NCBI GenBank assembly: GCA_964605525.1 | Contig: CAZSCV010000003.1 | Span: 4,227 to 68,226, forward strand | DNA length: 64,000 nucleotides | Direction of reading: 5' to 3' | From: an uncultured Bdellovibrionales bacterium | GTDB lineage: Bacteria > Patescibacteriota > Minisyncoccia > Moranbacterales > UBA9337 | Part shown: positions 8,825-17,369 of the stretch, in pieces | How positions within the stretch are numbered: the first letter of the stretch is position 1 | Layout of the letters: each line of letters begins with the position of its first letter | The notes under the pieces: generated by a model | The model's input: only the letters and a program-made list of their open reading frames with translations | Told to the model about the DNA's origin: nothing | The model's database searches: none | Position numbers and translations under genes: made by a program

Positions 8825-9514
8825 ATGCGAAGAAAACCTGAAATTCTCGCGGCCGATCCCGTGAGAGAAAAAAGAAGACATTGGCAGCAAATAAATATTT
8901 CTGCTTTTGCTAAAAAAATGGGCGCACATCTTATTTTGAATGCAGAAAATTGTTGCGATACCTATCATCAAAATTGTTTTCGAAGAAATGGAGATGAATA
9001 TCGCAAGCACCCAAAAAGAGTTTTGCGATCATATATTTTCTATACAATAGTTAAACACAGGATGATTTTCAATAGTCAAATGGACCAGGAGGGTTCAGGG
9101 GTATTATTGCACGATACTATTGAAGATGTCAGTGATAAAATATTGGAAAATATTAGCAGCGCGTATGGAGCAATAACATTGGATTTCGTTAAAGCTCTTA
9201 CCAGAGGGGAGAAGGAATCGATTATTGGTTTCGTAAAAAGAGTTGTTAAGCGGTCAAATACGACACTTGGAAAACTGTGCGATAGCATTGATAATTCCCT
9301 GGGAATGTTGGAAGAATATTATTCCGATGTTCCATCTGAGGATTTAGAAAGATTGAAAACGTATATGTGTAAAAAAATATTCCCATTGATTGTTGTTGTG
9401 TACAATACCGATATGGGAAACTCAAAATATGCAGCGGCCGTTAAAGAGGCGTTGCATGACCTGATCCTTTGTTATCGAGAGGCTCAGGAGGTTATAAAAA
9501 TGGAGAAAAAATAA
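8825..9514 (+). CDS. Stand-alone RelA/SpoT-type HD domain protein (small alarmone hydrolase-like)
   Basis: H..R.NG.EY..HP..V, LLHDTIED, ALTR, KLCDSIDN; GGAG SD. Confidence 0.65.
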   Translation: MRRKPEILAADPVREKRRHWQQINISAFAKKMGAHLILNAENCCDTYHQNCFRRNGDEYRKHPKRVLRSYIFYTIVKHRMIFNSQMDQEGSGVLLHDTIEDVSDKILENISSAYGAITLDFVKALTRGEKESIIGFVKRVVKRSNTTLGKLCDSIDNSLGMLEEYYSDVPSEDLERLKTYMCKKIFPLIVVVYNTDMGNSKYAAAVKEALHDLILCYREAQEVIKMEKK

Positions 9515-9549
9515 AAGGCTTAAGCAGGATGTCTGCTGAGCCTTTTTTT
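9515..9549 (+). terminator. Intrinsic terminator
   Basis: AAGGCTTAAGCAG..CTGCTGAGCC followed by T7. Confidence 0.65.
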
Positions 9550-9577
9550 ATTTTTCCTTTAAGGATATAATGTAAAT

Positions 9578-10855
9578 ATGAAAAAATTGATTCCGCAAAA
9601 ATTAAAAAATTATTATCATTTACTTTGGGCCGTGATTGCAAATTTTTGGTATGGTTTTCCGTCGAAAAAAATCAAAGTCATCGGAGTGACCGGAACTAAT
9701 GGAAAAACCACGACTGTGCAGATGATTGCCAGAATTTTGGAAGAAGCGGGATTTCGGGTGGCGGTCGCTTCGACTATTAATTTCAAATTGAACGGCAAAG
9801 AAAAAGTAAATAAAACAAAATTCACTACTTTGTCGGCTTTTGCGGTGCAAAAATTTATTTTGGATGCGGTTTTGGGACAGCATGATTTTGTCGTGCTGGA
9901 AACCTCATCGCATTCTCTGGATCAATACCGGGTGTGGGGAGTGGAATATGACACGGCAGTAATTACCAATGTGACGCGCGAGCATTTGGATTATCACAAA
10001 ACAATGGAACAGTATCGAAAAGCCAAAAAAATATTATTCGAAAAAGCGAAAAATATTGCGGTGAATCTGGATATGGAAAAACCGGAATATTATTTAGATG
10101 CAAGTGCTGAGAAGAAATATGGCTATAGTATTAAAAACCAAGAATCAAGAATTAAGAATCAATATAATTATAAAATCGTAAAAGCAGAGAATATAAAATT
10201 AAACATAAATAGTTCTCAATTCTCAATTCTCAATTCTCAATTTTTATTGAATTTGCCTGGAATGTTTAATATTGAAAACGCTTTGGCGGCAACTTGCGTC
10301 GGGATGATTTATGATATCAAAGAAGATGTTATTGCGCGGGCTTTGGAAGAAATCAAAGGTGTACCGGGAAGGATGGAAAACATATCCAATGATAAGGGTT
10401 TGAATATTATTGTTGATTATGCGGTAACGCCGGACTCATTGGAAAAATTATATGGATTGATTAGAGAGTCTAAGGATGTTAGAGGCGGGAAAATAATTGC
10501 GGTTTTTGGAAGTTGCGGAGAACGCGATCGAGGGAAGCGTCCGATTATGGGAGAAATTGTTTCACGCACCGCTGACTATGTCATTGTGACTAATGAAGAT
10601 CCGTATGGAGAAGATCCATTGCAGATTATGAACGAATTGGAATCAGGAATTAAAAATCATGAATTAGATAAAACTTATTTTAAAATAATAGATCGCCAAG
10701 AAGCGATAAAAAAAGCCTTGCAAATTGCAAAGCCAGGGGATTTTGTGATCGTGACCGGAAAAGGAGCGGAAGAAATGATGGCAGTGAGCGCTACTGAAAT
10801 AATTCCGTGGAATGACAAGAAGATTATCCAAAAAGTGTTGCAAGAATTAAGGTAA
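9578..10855 (+). CDS. murE: UDP-N-acetylmuramyl-tripeptide synthetase
   Basis: GVTGTNGKTTT, ETSSH, TNVTREHLDYH, PGRME, DRGKRPIMG, GKGAE. Confidence 0.93.
   Translation: MKKLIPQKLKNYYHLLWAVIANFWYGFPSKKIKVIGVTGTNGKTTTVQMIARILEEAGFRVAVASTINFKLNGKEKVNKTKFTTLSAFAVQKFILDAVLGQHDFVVLETSSHSLDQYRVWGVEYDTAVITNVTREHLDYHKTMEQYRKAKKILFEKAKNIAVNLDMEKPEYYLDASAEKKYGYSIKNQESRIKNQYNYKIVKAENIKLNINSSQFSILNSQFLLNLPGMFNIENALAATCVGMIYDIKEDVIARALEEIKGVPGRMENISNDKGLNIIVDYAVTPDSLEKLYGLIRESKDVRGGKIIAVFGSCGERDRGKRPIMGEIVSRTADYVIVTNEDPYGEDPLQIMNELESGIKNHELDKTYFKIIDRQEAIKKALQIAKPGDFVIVTGKGAEEMMAVSATEIIPWNDKKIIQKVLQELR
10133..10245. repeat. Opposed heptamer arrays (AAGAATC/T and AATTCTC) inside murE
   Basis: AAGAATC AAGAATT AAGAATC at 10140-10160; AGTTCTC (AATTCTC)x3 at 10211-10238. 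Confidence 0.8.
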
Positions 10856-11276
10856 GGAAAAATCCTAGAATTGCTCCAGCTACGACTTCTTCCGGTTTGT
10901 GCCCCATTCTTTCTTTGAGGCGTGGATATTCATTTTCCCCGACTCCAATTTTATCCAGAACCATATTAATATAGCGGCTGTGTTCTCCCATATAAACCCG
11001 CAAACGCGTGGCATCGTCAATAATCAAAATCGCCATAATAAAAGCAATGGCAAATGCTCCGGAATATATTCCGGAAAAAAATCCGACAGATGTTACCAAG
11101 GAAACCATTAAAGCGCTATGAACGCTCGGCATATGTCCGTACGTCATTGCGTGTCCCATGGTATATTTAAAATCTTTTCCATGCTTGAAATAGAATATGA
11201 TGAACTTTAAAATTCTGGCGAAAGCTAATACGATCAAAGGAATAATAAACATTGCATAATTCGAAAAAGTATTCAT
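10824..11276 (-). CDS. Divergent PAP2 family (DUF212) membrane protein
   Basis: GHMPSVHSA, DATRLR..GEH, LKERMGHKPEEV. Confidence 0.85.
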   Translation of the reverse strand: MNTFSNYAMFIIPLIVLAFARILKFIIFYFKHGKDFKYTMGHAMTYGHMPSVHSALMVSLVTSVGFFSGIYSGAFAIAFIMAILIIDDATRLRVYMGEHSRYINMVLDKIGVGENEYPRLKERMGHKPEEVVAGAILGFFLTLILATLFG

Positions 11277-11403
11277 TTATTTGACGATTAAGTGATTAGC
11301 CTTTAAATTATACCACAAAAATGGAAGAAAATGGAATTTTTCTTTTTCTGCCAGATAGTATATAATTAAAGCGTAATAAATATAATAAATTAAACATAAT
11401 AAT

Positions 11404-11955
11404 ATGGGAATTGGATTGATTTTGTTAATAGTCGCAGTTGTGGTCGTTGTTTGGGTTATTGGTGTGTATAATGGGCTGATCAGGCTTAAAAATAGAGTAG
11501 ACGAAGCTTGGAGTGATATTGATGTCCAACTCAAGAGGCGTTATGATTTGATTCCGAATTTGATCAATACCGTCAAAGGTTATGCATCGCATGAAAAAGA
11601 ACTTTTGGAAAAAGTGACAGAGGCAAGGACGGCAGCCATGGGAGCGCAAACTCCGGCAGAAAAAGAAGGAGCGGAAAATATGCTTTCCGGAACACTCAAA
11701 TCCCTTTTTGCGGTAGCGGAAAATTATCCGGATCTGAAAGCCAATCAGAATTTTTTGGAGTTGCAACGGGAGCTTTCCGATACTGAAAACAAAATCCAAG
11801 CATCTCGAAGATTTTACAACGGCAATGTCCGCGATTTCAATATCAAAATAGAAGTTTTTCCAAGCAGTATCGTTGCTGGAATGTTGCATTTTTCTAAGCG
11901 TGATTTTTTCGAAGCCGAGGAAAGTGAGAAAGAAAATGTTAAGGTTGAGTTTTAA
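11404..11955 (+). CDS. lemA: LemA family protein
   Basis: YNGL, WSDIDVQLKRRYDLIPNL, ENYPDLKANQNF. Confidence 0.96.
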   Translation: MGIGLILLIVAVVVVVWVIGVYNGLIRLKNRVDEAWSDIDVQLKRRYDLIPNLINTVKGYASHEKELLEKVTEARTAAMGAQTPAEKEGAENMLSGTLKSLFAVAENYPDLKANQNFLELQRELSDTENKIQASRRFYNGNVRDFNIKIEVFPSSIVAGMLHFSKRDFFEAEESEKENVKVEF

Positions 11956-11984
11956 TTTTTCAATTAATTAAATTTATATTTGCG

Positions 11985-12644
11985 ATGTTTGGACAGGATA
12001 AGGAAAATGATAAAAATTCTTCATTAAAATGCGACAATACGTGTTTTTTGGTTTTTATTATAGGAATAATTTTTGTTTTTTTCGCAATAGTGGTTTTTTC
12101 TTTGTATCAAATTAAGGAGATGCTCGGAATTCATTTGACTGATGATGTTAAGCATCCAACCGGAATTATTGCCCAAGAGCAAGAAATTGGCGGTGATGAG
12201 TTGTGGGAGTGTTTCCATCAGACCGACAAAAAATTCATGGTGTATTATCCTTCAAGTTGGAAACTTTCAAACAGTCCTGATTATTTGGCGGTTATTCGCA
12301 GGATTAGTGAAGTTAAAACAGAAAAGTATATTCAAGGAATAATGACTGTTTCTGTGTCGATTGATGTTGTTGAAAAAGAGAAAGCAATGTCAATGGCGGA
12401 TTTTGCGGATAAAAATAGAAATGATTCTGATCAATATGATGTTTTTCATTCCTCCGATAATGAAGCGGTTGCGGCAGGAGTATCAATTAATCGGAAAATT
12501 CCATTTGAGTCGCATTGTTTTGACATGGGAAGCGAGGCACTATGTCTTCGGGCGGATTATTATGGAAGCGGAAGCGATTTAGAAAAAGACAAAAATATTT
12601 TTTCGGAAATAGTTTCCCGCGTTGAAATAACAAAAGACGAATAA
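11985..12644 (+). CDS. Membrane-anchored hypothetical protein
   Basis: Single N-terminal TM; F..YYPSSW motif; lies between lemA and htpX. Confidence 0.65.
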   Translation: MFGQDKENDKNSSLKCDNTCFLVFIIGIIFVFFAIVVFSLYQIKEMLGIHLTDDVKHPTGIIAQEQEIGGDELWECFHQTDKKFMVYYPSSWKLSNSPDYLAVIRRISEVKTEKYIQGIMTVSVSIDVVEKEKAMSMADFADKNRNDSDQYDVFHSSDNEAVAAGVSINRKIPFESHCFDMGSEALCLRADYYGSGSDLEKDKNIFSEIVSRVEITKDE

Positions 12645-12645
12645 T

Positions 12646-13536
12646 ATGGCGACACTTTATACTCAAGCCGATAGGAATGTTCGATTGACCTGGATATATA
12701 TCTCCGGGTTTTTGGTGTTTGTGATCGGGGTGGGTTATGTTTTCGCCGGGGCGATGGGGAATAGCACGATTTTGTATGGCGCGGTTATTTTTTCGGTAGT
12801 GATGAGTTTCGGATCATATTGGTGGAGCGACAAAATCGTTTTGGCGATGAGCGAGGCAAAGGAATTGACCCATGACAACAATCGGGAGATATACCATCTG
12901 GTGGAAAATCTCTGCATTACCGCCGGCCTTCCTGTTCCCAAGATTTATATCATCCAAGACAGCGCGCCGAACGCTTTCGCGACCGGGCGCGATCCCAAGC
13001 ACGGGGTTATTTGCCTGACGACCGGGATCGTTGAAAAATTGGAAAAGACCGAATTGGAAGGAGTAATCGCGCATGAACTTTCGCATATCGGGAACCGGGA
13101 TATCCTGCTTTCCACGGTGGTCGTGATTTTGGTAGGCTTCGTTACGCTTTTGGCGGATTGGTTCCGGCACTGGGCGTTTTTTGGCAGACGCGGAAGTGAC
13201 CGTGAAGGTGGTGGTCAATTGCAGATCATTTTGATGGTCGCGGCGATCGTGCTTTCGATTTTGGCTCCGATCGCGGCAGTGCTGATGCAATTGGCGATTT
13301 CTCGAAAAAGGGAATTTTTGGCGGATGCCTCCGCGGCCCTTCTGACGCGTTATCCGGACGGATTGGCACGCGCCTTGGAAAAGATTTCCGCCGACAAAGA
13401 GCCGCTGGAAGCCGCCAACCGGGCTACGGCGCATCTATATATCGCCAATCCTTTTAAAGGAAAGAAAGTTTCCAGCTTATTTCAGACCCATCCATCTATA
13501 GAAGATCGAGTAAAAGCGCTTCGCAATATGAAATAA
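12646..13536 (+). CDS. htpX: M48 zinc metalloprotease HtpX
   Basis: PNAFATG, AHELSH, SRKREFLAD, THP..EDR. Confidence 0.95.
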   Translation: MATLYTQADRNVRLTWIYISGFLVFVIGVGYVFAGAMGNSTILYGAVIFSVVMSFGSYWWSDKIVLAMSEAKELTHDNNREIYHLVENLCITAGLPVPKIYIIQDSAPNAFATGRDPKHGVICLTTGIVEKLEKTELEGVIAHELSHIGNRDILLSTVVVILVGFVTLLADWFRHWAFFGRRGSDREGGGQLQIILMVAAIVLSILAPIAAVLMQLAISRKREFLADASAALLTRYPDGLARALEKISADKEPLEAANRATAHLYIANPFKGKKVSSLFQTHPSIEDRVKALRNMK

Positions 13537-13616
13537 ATTGTTTATGCCTGTCCGCCTTTGGAGGAACTCACCCGCCGATTGAAGAAAGAGTGGCAAAGTT
13601 ACGGGGGATGGAATGA
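13535..13616 (+). pseudogene. Second, orphan htpX 3' end interrupted by a 19-bp hairpin insert
   Basis: Reads KLFM-[CCTGTCCGCCTTTGGAGGA]-THPPIEERVAKLRGME*, paralleling SLFQTHPSIEDRVKALRNMK*. Confidence 0.8.
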
Positions 13617-13650
13617 AATAATAATTAGTAAATAATAATTAGTAAAAGGT

Positions 13651-14070
13651 ATGGAAGTTTTTCAACCGGAAAAAAAAGAGAGTCTTTTGGATAAGATAAT
13701 AAGAAATATTTTTAGAGATAGAAATACTTTAGAGCAAAGAGTATCGCAGTCAGTTAGTTATATGAATGAAGGCGGTAGTGCTATGTCGGAATGTGAACTT
13801 GCAAGATATATCATCGGAAAAGATAATTCTGCTATGTTGCCTAAAAAAGATTTTGCAATGCTTAAAGACGAAATAGTAAGAATGGTGAAAAAGGCAAAAG
13901 AAGAAATGGCAAAATCATCCAATGAAAAAAGAAGGCTTTCTATTAATGTCGGAAGAGGAGAAAAAATTGTAACAGATAAAATGAAAAAAGAAGCAAGGAT
14001 AAAAGAGGAAGATGTGGAATTGATAGAAACGGGGTTTGATCCGGAAGAAATCCGAAAAGAACTCAAATAA
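13651..14070 (+). CDS. Hypothetical protein
   Basis: 139-aa ATG ORF, charged, no recognised motif. Confidence 0.6.
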   Translation: MEVFQPEKKESLLDKIIRNIFRDRNTLEQRVSQSVSYMNEGGSAMSECELARYIIGKDNSAMLPKKDFAMLKDEIVRMVKKAKEEMAKSSNEKRRLSINVGRGEKIVTDKMKKEARIKEEDVELIETGFDPEEIRKELK

Positions 14071-14159
14071 AAAATGTATCCTGGTATAAAAAAATCGCAG
14101 TCGCAAGCGCGCTTCAGTGCCGTGCTTTTTAAATTAAGGCACTTGTAAGTCTTTACAAA

Positions 14160-14197
14160 CTCACTCACTTTTATGCAATCGCATAAAAGTGAGTGAG
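14160..14197. repeat. 38-bp hairpin repeat, copy A
   Basis: CTCACTCACTTTTATGC-AATC-GCATAAAAGTGAGTGAG. Confidence 0.95.
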
Positions 14198-14231
14198 ATA
14201 TGGAGCGAGAAATAAAAGCAGGGATGGTAAG

Positions 14232-14882
14232 TTAGAATAATTTAAAGGATTTTTTCAATTCTTCTTCGTGGAGTATTTTTTCAGCGGTTATTATTTCGAT
14301 ATATTTTTGTACATTGTATAATTCCGCGATAAACAAGATTTCATCCTCGCATTCATAAGGGAAAACCCAGGCGCTTTTTTGCAGTTGTCTGAATTTAAGC
14401 TCTTTTATTTTGTTTCTGAGGGCGTTGCGAGCCTGATCGAATATTTTCGGACGAGATGGGATGTCGAAAATCAAAATTCTCCATTTTCCGTCCCAAGTCT
14501 GTGGTTTTTTGATTTTGAGGTTTTGCAAATAGAAATCCTTGCTCCTCCGCTGCCCTTTATTTGTTAGTTTGACTTGAAATTTTCCGTTCTTTTCTTTGAT
14601 TATTTCGACCAGTTTCCGTTGTTTAAGGTTATTTAAGGCGGAAGTCATTTGTTTTTTTGTGTATTTTTTGTCTGATGTTTCTTTTGATTTTGAATATTTC
14701 TCAAAACTTTTCGCCGCGGAAAATATGTTCGGAGCGGCCGCCGCCACTACCAGCATCGGTCCCATAGCTAATGCCGCCAGCAGGAATTTTCCGGCGGTTG
14801 CCGGCAGGGTATCGGAATATAGGAAATTATCCTTGAATTTTTCTTTGAAAGATTTCGTTTTTTTCTTGTTTTTACTTTTCAT
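14232..14882 (-). CDS. PaaX-like protein (wHTH plus Cas2-like domain)
   Basis: LTNKG wHTH wing; WDGKWRILIFDIP, LQKSAWVFPY. Confidence 0.8.
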   Translation of the reverse strand: MKSKNKKKTKSFKEKFKDNFLYSDTLPATAGKFLLAALAMGPMLVVAAAAPNIFSAAKSFEKYSKSKETSDKKYTKKQMTSALNNLKQRKLVEIIKEKNGKFQVKLTNKGQRRSKDFYLQNLKIKKPQTWDGKWRILIFDIPSRPKIFDQARNALRNKIKELKFRQLQKSAWVFPYECEDEILFIAELYNVQKYIEIITAEKILHEEELKKSFKLF

Positions 14883-14929
14883 TTTTTAGTAACATGGTCA
14901 TTATATCTATTATTGTATTAATTATACAA

Positions 14930-14967
14930 CTCACTCAATTTTATGCAATCGCATAAATTTGAGTGAG
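14930..14967. repeat. 38-bp hairpin repeat, copy B
   Basis: CTCACTCAATTTTATGC-AATC-GCATAAATTTGAGTGAG. Confidence 0.95.
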
Positions 14968-15048
14968 TGGTAGATGATTGTCGGAAGAGTTTTTCGGGGA
15001 ATAAAAAAGAAGGACAAGCGCGCTGGATTGTCCTTTTACTTGCGACTT

Positions 15049-15300
15049 TTATTTTTTTATAAAATATTGAATAATAGGTAGAATCATGATTATCAAAATA
15101 GATAATATGAATCCTATAAATCCTACTAGGGCTATTGTCCTTGGTATGTAAAATGTGATCATCTTTTTTCTTTTTGGCAATGAATAGAAAAAAGGATTAT
15201 CTCTTTGTCCGCAGAGAAAAGTCCAAATAATTCCTATTTCAAACAAAACAAATGAATAGGTAAAGACTAAACCTAGTATTGTTTCTATTAACATTAACAC
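15049..15300 (-). CDS. Small two-TM hypothetical protein
   Basis: GTG start with AGGAGG SD; hairpin at about 15005-15038 downstream. Confidence 0.6.
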   Translation of the reverse strand: MLMLIETILGLVFTYSFVLFEIGIIWTFLCGQRDNPFFYSLPKRKKMITFYIPRTIALVGFIGFILSILIIMILPIIQYFIKK

Positions 15301-15449
15301 GGCAAACCTCCTTTTTCTTCGTAGTTTATTGGGTTGTTAATGAGCTCGTGAAATTTAATTATAATAATTATTGAAATAAAAGTCAATAAAAAGTGAAAAA
15401 TATTATTTATTAAGTTATAAAAGTGCTTTAAATAAAGCAAAATAAAATG

Positions 15450-15478
15450 TTGACAAGATATCAACAAAATGCTAAAAT
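15450..15478 (+). promoter_or_regulatory. Sigma70 promoter with overlapping inverted repeat (possible TrmB operator)
   Basis: TTGACA-17-TAAAAT; TGTTGA-N7-TCAACA; ATG 6 nt after -10. Confidence 0.7.
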
Positions 15479-15484
15479 ACGGAT

Positions 15485-16246
15485 ATGATTCAAGAATTAT
15501 TACAACAATTAAAGTGTTCGGAAAAAGAGATAGAGGTATATCTTTATGTTTTAAGGCAAGGGAAAACCACTCCGGCTCGAATTTCTAAGGGAACGGGAAT
15601 AAATCGATCAACCGTTTACGTTGTGTTGGGAAAGCTTAAAAAGAATGGGTTGGTCGTTGAGGATATCAGTTCTAAAATTCTTTTTTATTCTGTTTCATTA
15701 TCGGAGGCAGTAGAGGATATGTTTTATCGCCAGCAAGAGAAGTTGAATAAAAAGAAAAATATTGCAAGAAAACTAGCGGAAGAGCTGGAAAAATTTCCGC
15801 AGAACAAAAACTATTCAGTTCCGAAAATCAGATTTATCGAGGAAGATGATTTGGAAGATTTTTTATATAAAAATCAGAAAAAATGGAAAGACAGTGCAGA
15901 TTTAAAAGATGGTTGTTGCTGGGGTTTTCAAGATCATAGCTTTGCTGAAAATTATCAAAAATGGATTGATTGGGCATGGAAAAATTATAAAATACAAGTA
16001 AATCTTTTTAGTAATGAATCCAATATTGAAAATAAGTTAAACAATAAATTTGACGAATTAAGAAAGATTAAATTTTGGGGAAAAGATTTGGATTTTACTT
16101 CATCAATGTGGATAATGGGGGATTATTTAGTAATGATAATCACTAAGCAAAAGCCATATTATTTGGTTGAAATAAATGATGCAGTACTTGCTTATAATCT
16201 CAGGGAGATTTTTCGAAAAATGTGGAATGAAGATAAAAAATATTAG
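15485..16246 (+). CDS. TrmB-family transcriptional regulator
   Basis: SEKEIEVY, TGINRSTVY..L..L...GLV HTH; C-terminal effector-type domain. Confidence 0.85.
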   Translation: MIQELLQQLKCSEKEIEVYLYVLRQGKTTPARISKGTGINRSTVYVVLGKLKKNGLVVEDISSKILFYSVSLSEAVEDMFYRQQEKLNKKKNIARKLAEELEKFPQNKNYSVPKIRFIEEDDLEDFLYKNQKKWKDSADLKDGCCWGFQDHSFAENYQKWIDWAWKNYKIQVNLFSNESNIENKLNNKFDELRKIKFWGKDLDFTSSMWIMGDYLVMIITKQKPYYLVEINDAVLAYNLREIFRKMWNEDKKY

Positions 16247-16272
16247 CAGGATAATGATTGTTTAATAAAAAT

Positions 16273-16740
16273 ATGCAATTTCAAATTCCCAAGGATAATG
16301 ACAAATATCAGTGGACGGCGCATTCGGTGATGAAGATGCGGCAGTATGGGCTGAGCGCCCAGCGGGTTTTGCGCGTGGTGCGCGCTCCGCACAGAAAGGA
16401 AGAAGGAATTGTGAAAAAAACCGTTGCCGTAATGCAACCGGTTTCTTTCAAAACCGACAAAGAGGGAAAACGCACTTGGGGAAGTGAGATTTGGGTGATG
16501 TATCAGCTCCGACGTGGCGTCAAAGCAATGACCAATAACCAATTTCTCCGCCCAAGGCGGACCAGTCTTGGGCTGGCAATTTCCAAACAAACTCAAAATT
16601 CCAAATTAAACATTTTCAATTCCGCGAGTCAGAAAATTCGCATTATAAGTGCTTGGAAATATCCCGGAGTGAGTCCGAAAAATAACCCTGTTCCTGAGGA
16701 TATTTTGCGAGAATTGGAGGAGTTGGATGACGTTGTGTAA
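16273..16740 (+). CDS. Hypothetical protein (DUF4258/RelE-like motifs) with repeat-derived insert
   Basis: WTAHS..KM..Y, EIWVMYQ, IRIISAW; insert lies between the last two motifs. Confidence 0.65.
   Translation: MQFQIPKDNDKYQWTAHSVMKMRQYGLSAQRVLRVVRAPHRKEEGIVKKTVAVMQPVSFKTDKEGKRTWGSEIWVMYQLRRGVKAMTNNQFLRPRRTSLGLAISKQTQNSKLNIFNSASQKIRIISAWKYPGVSPKNNPVPEDILRELEELDDVV
16527..16609 (+). repeat. Heptamer-AAAC element carrying 30-bp element copy 5 (16547-16576)
   Basis: AATGACC AATAACC AATTTC[30 bp]C AATTTCC AAAC AAACTCA AAATTCC. Confidence 0.9.
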
Positions 16741-16802
16741 TTTTTAGTGATATGATAGAATAAAATAAATTTAGTAATCATATTAAAAAATAAAATAAAT
16801 TT

Positions 16803-17246
16803 ATGGAAGAATTAAAAAATGTGAATAGTGAAGAAGGTCAAAAAGTAGAAGAAAAAGAATCCGGCGCTTCCTTGGAATCTGAAAAAAAAGAACAGACTCA
16901 GTCTGAAAATTCTGTCACTGAATCAGCTCCTGAGCCGAAAAAAGCGGAAAGCAAGGATGTTCAAGAAAACAAAATGATTGCATTGCTTAGTTATATCTCG
17001 ATACTTTTCTTGATACCTCTTTTGGCAAAAAAAGACAGTGTTTTCTGCCAATTCCATGCCAAACAAGGATTGGTTTTGTTTCTTGGTGAACTTGTCGGAT
17101 GGTTGCTGTATCCGTTTTTAGGCTTGGGATTTTTGGTTCATTTGGCTGTTTTGGTTCTGGCAATTATGGGAATTATAAATGTTTTAGGTGGCGAAATGAA
17201 AAAACTTCCTTTGGTAGGAGATTTTGCTGATAAGTTTAATCTATAA
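16803..17246 (+). CDS. DUF4870-like membrane protein
   Basis: LLSYI..L..IPL, FHAKQGL, LPLVG. Confidence 0.75.
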   Translation: MEELKNVNSEEGQKVEEKESGASLESEKKEQTQSENSVTESAPEPKKAESKDVQENKMIALLSYISILFLIPLLAKKDSVFCQFHAKQGLVLFLGELVGWLLYPFLGLGFLVHLAVLVLAIMGIINVLGGEMKKLPLVGDFADKFNL

Positions 17247-17369
17247 TTCAAATCTTTTTGCAATGTTCGTTCAAGGCAGGCCATCTTTCAAAGTTGCCTG
17301 TTTTGATTTATACTGAAGAAAGTAATAGTTTTTTATTTATTAAAATAAAAAGTAAATAATATAAAAAAT

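Noticed and set aside
14160-14967. CRISPR-Cas reading of the Cas2-like gene and its two repeats
   Set aside because: Only two repeats, 770 bp apart with a gene between them; no spacers and no cas1 or effector genes in the window
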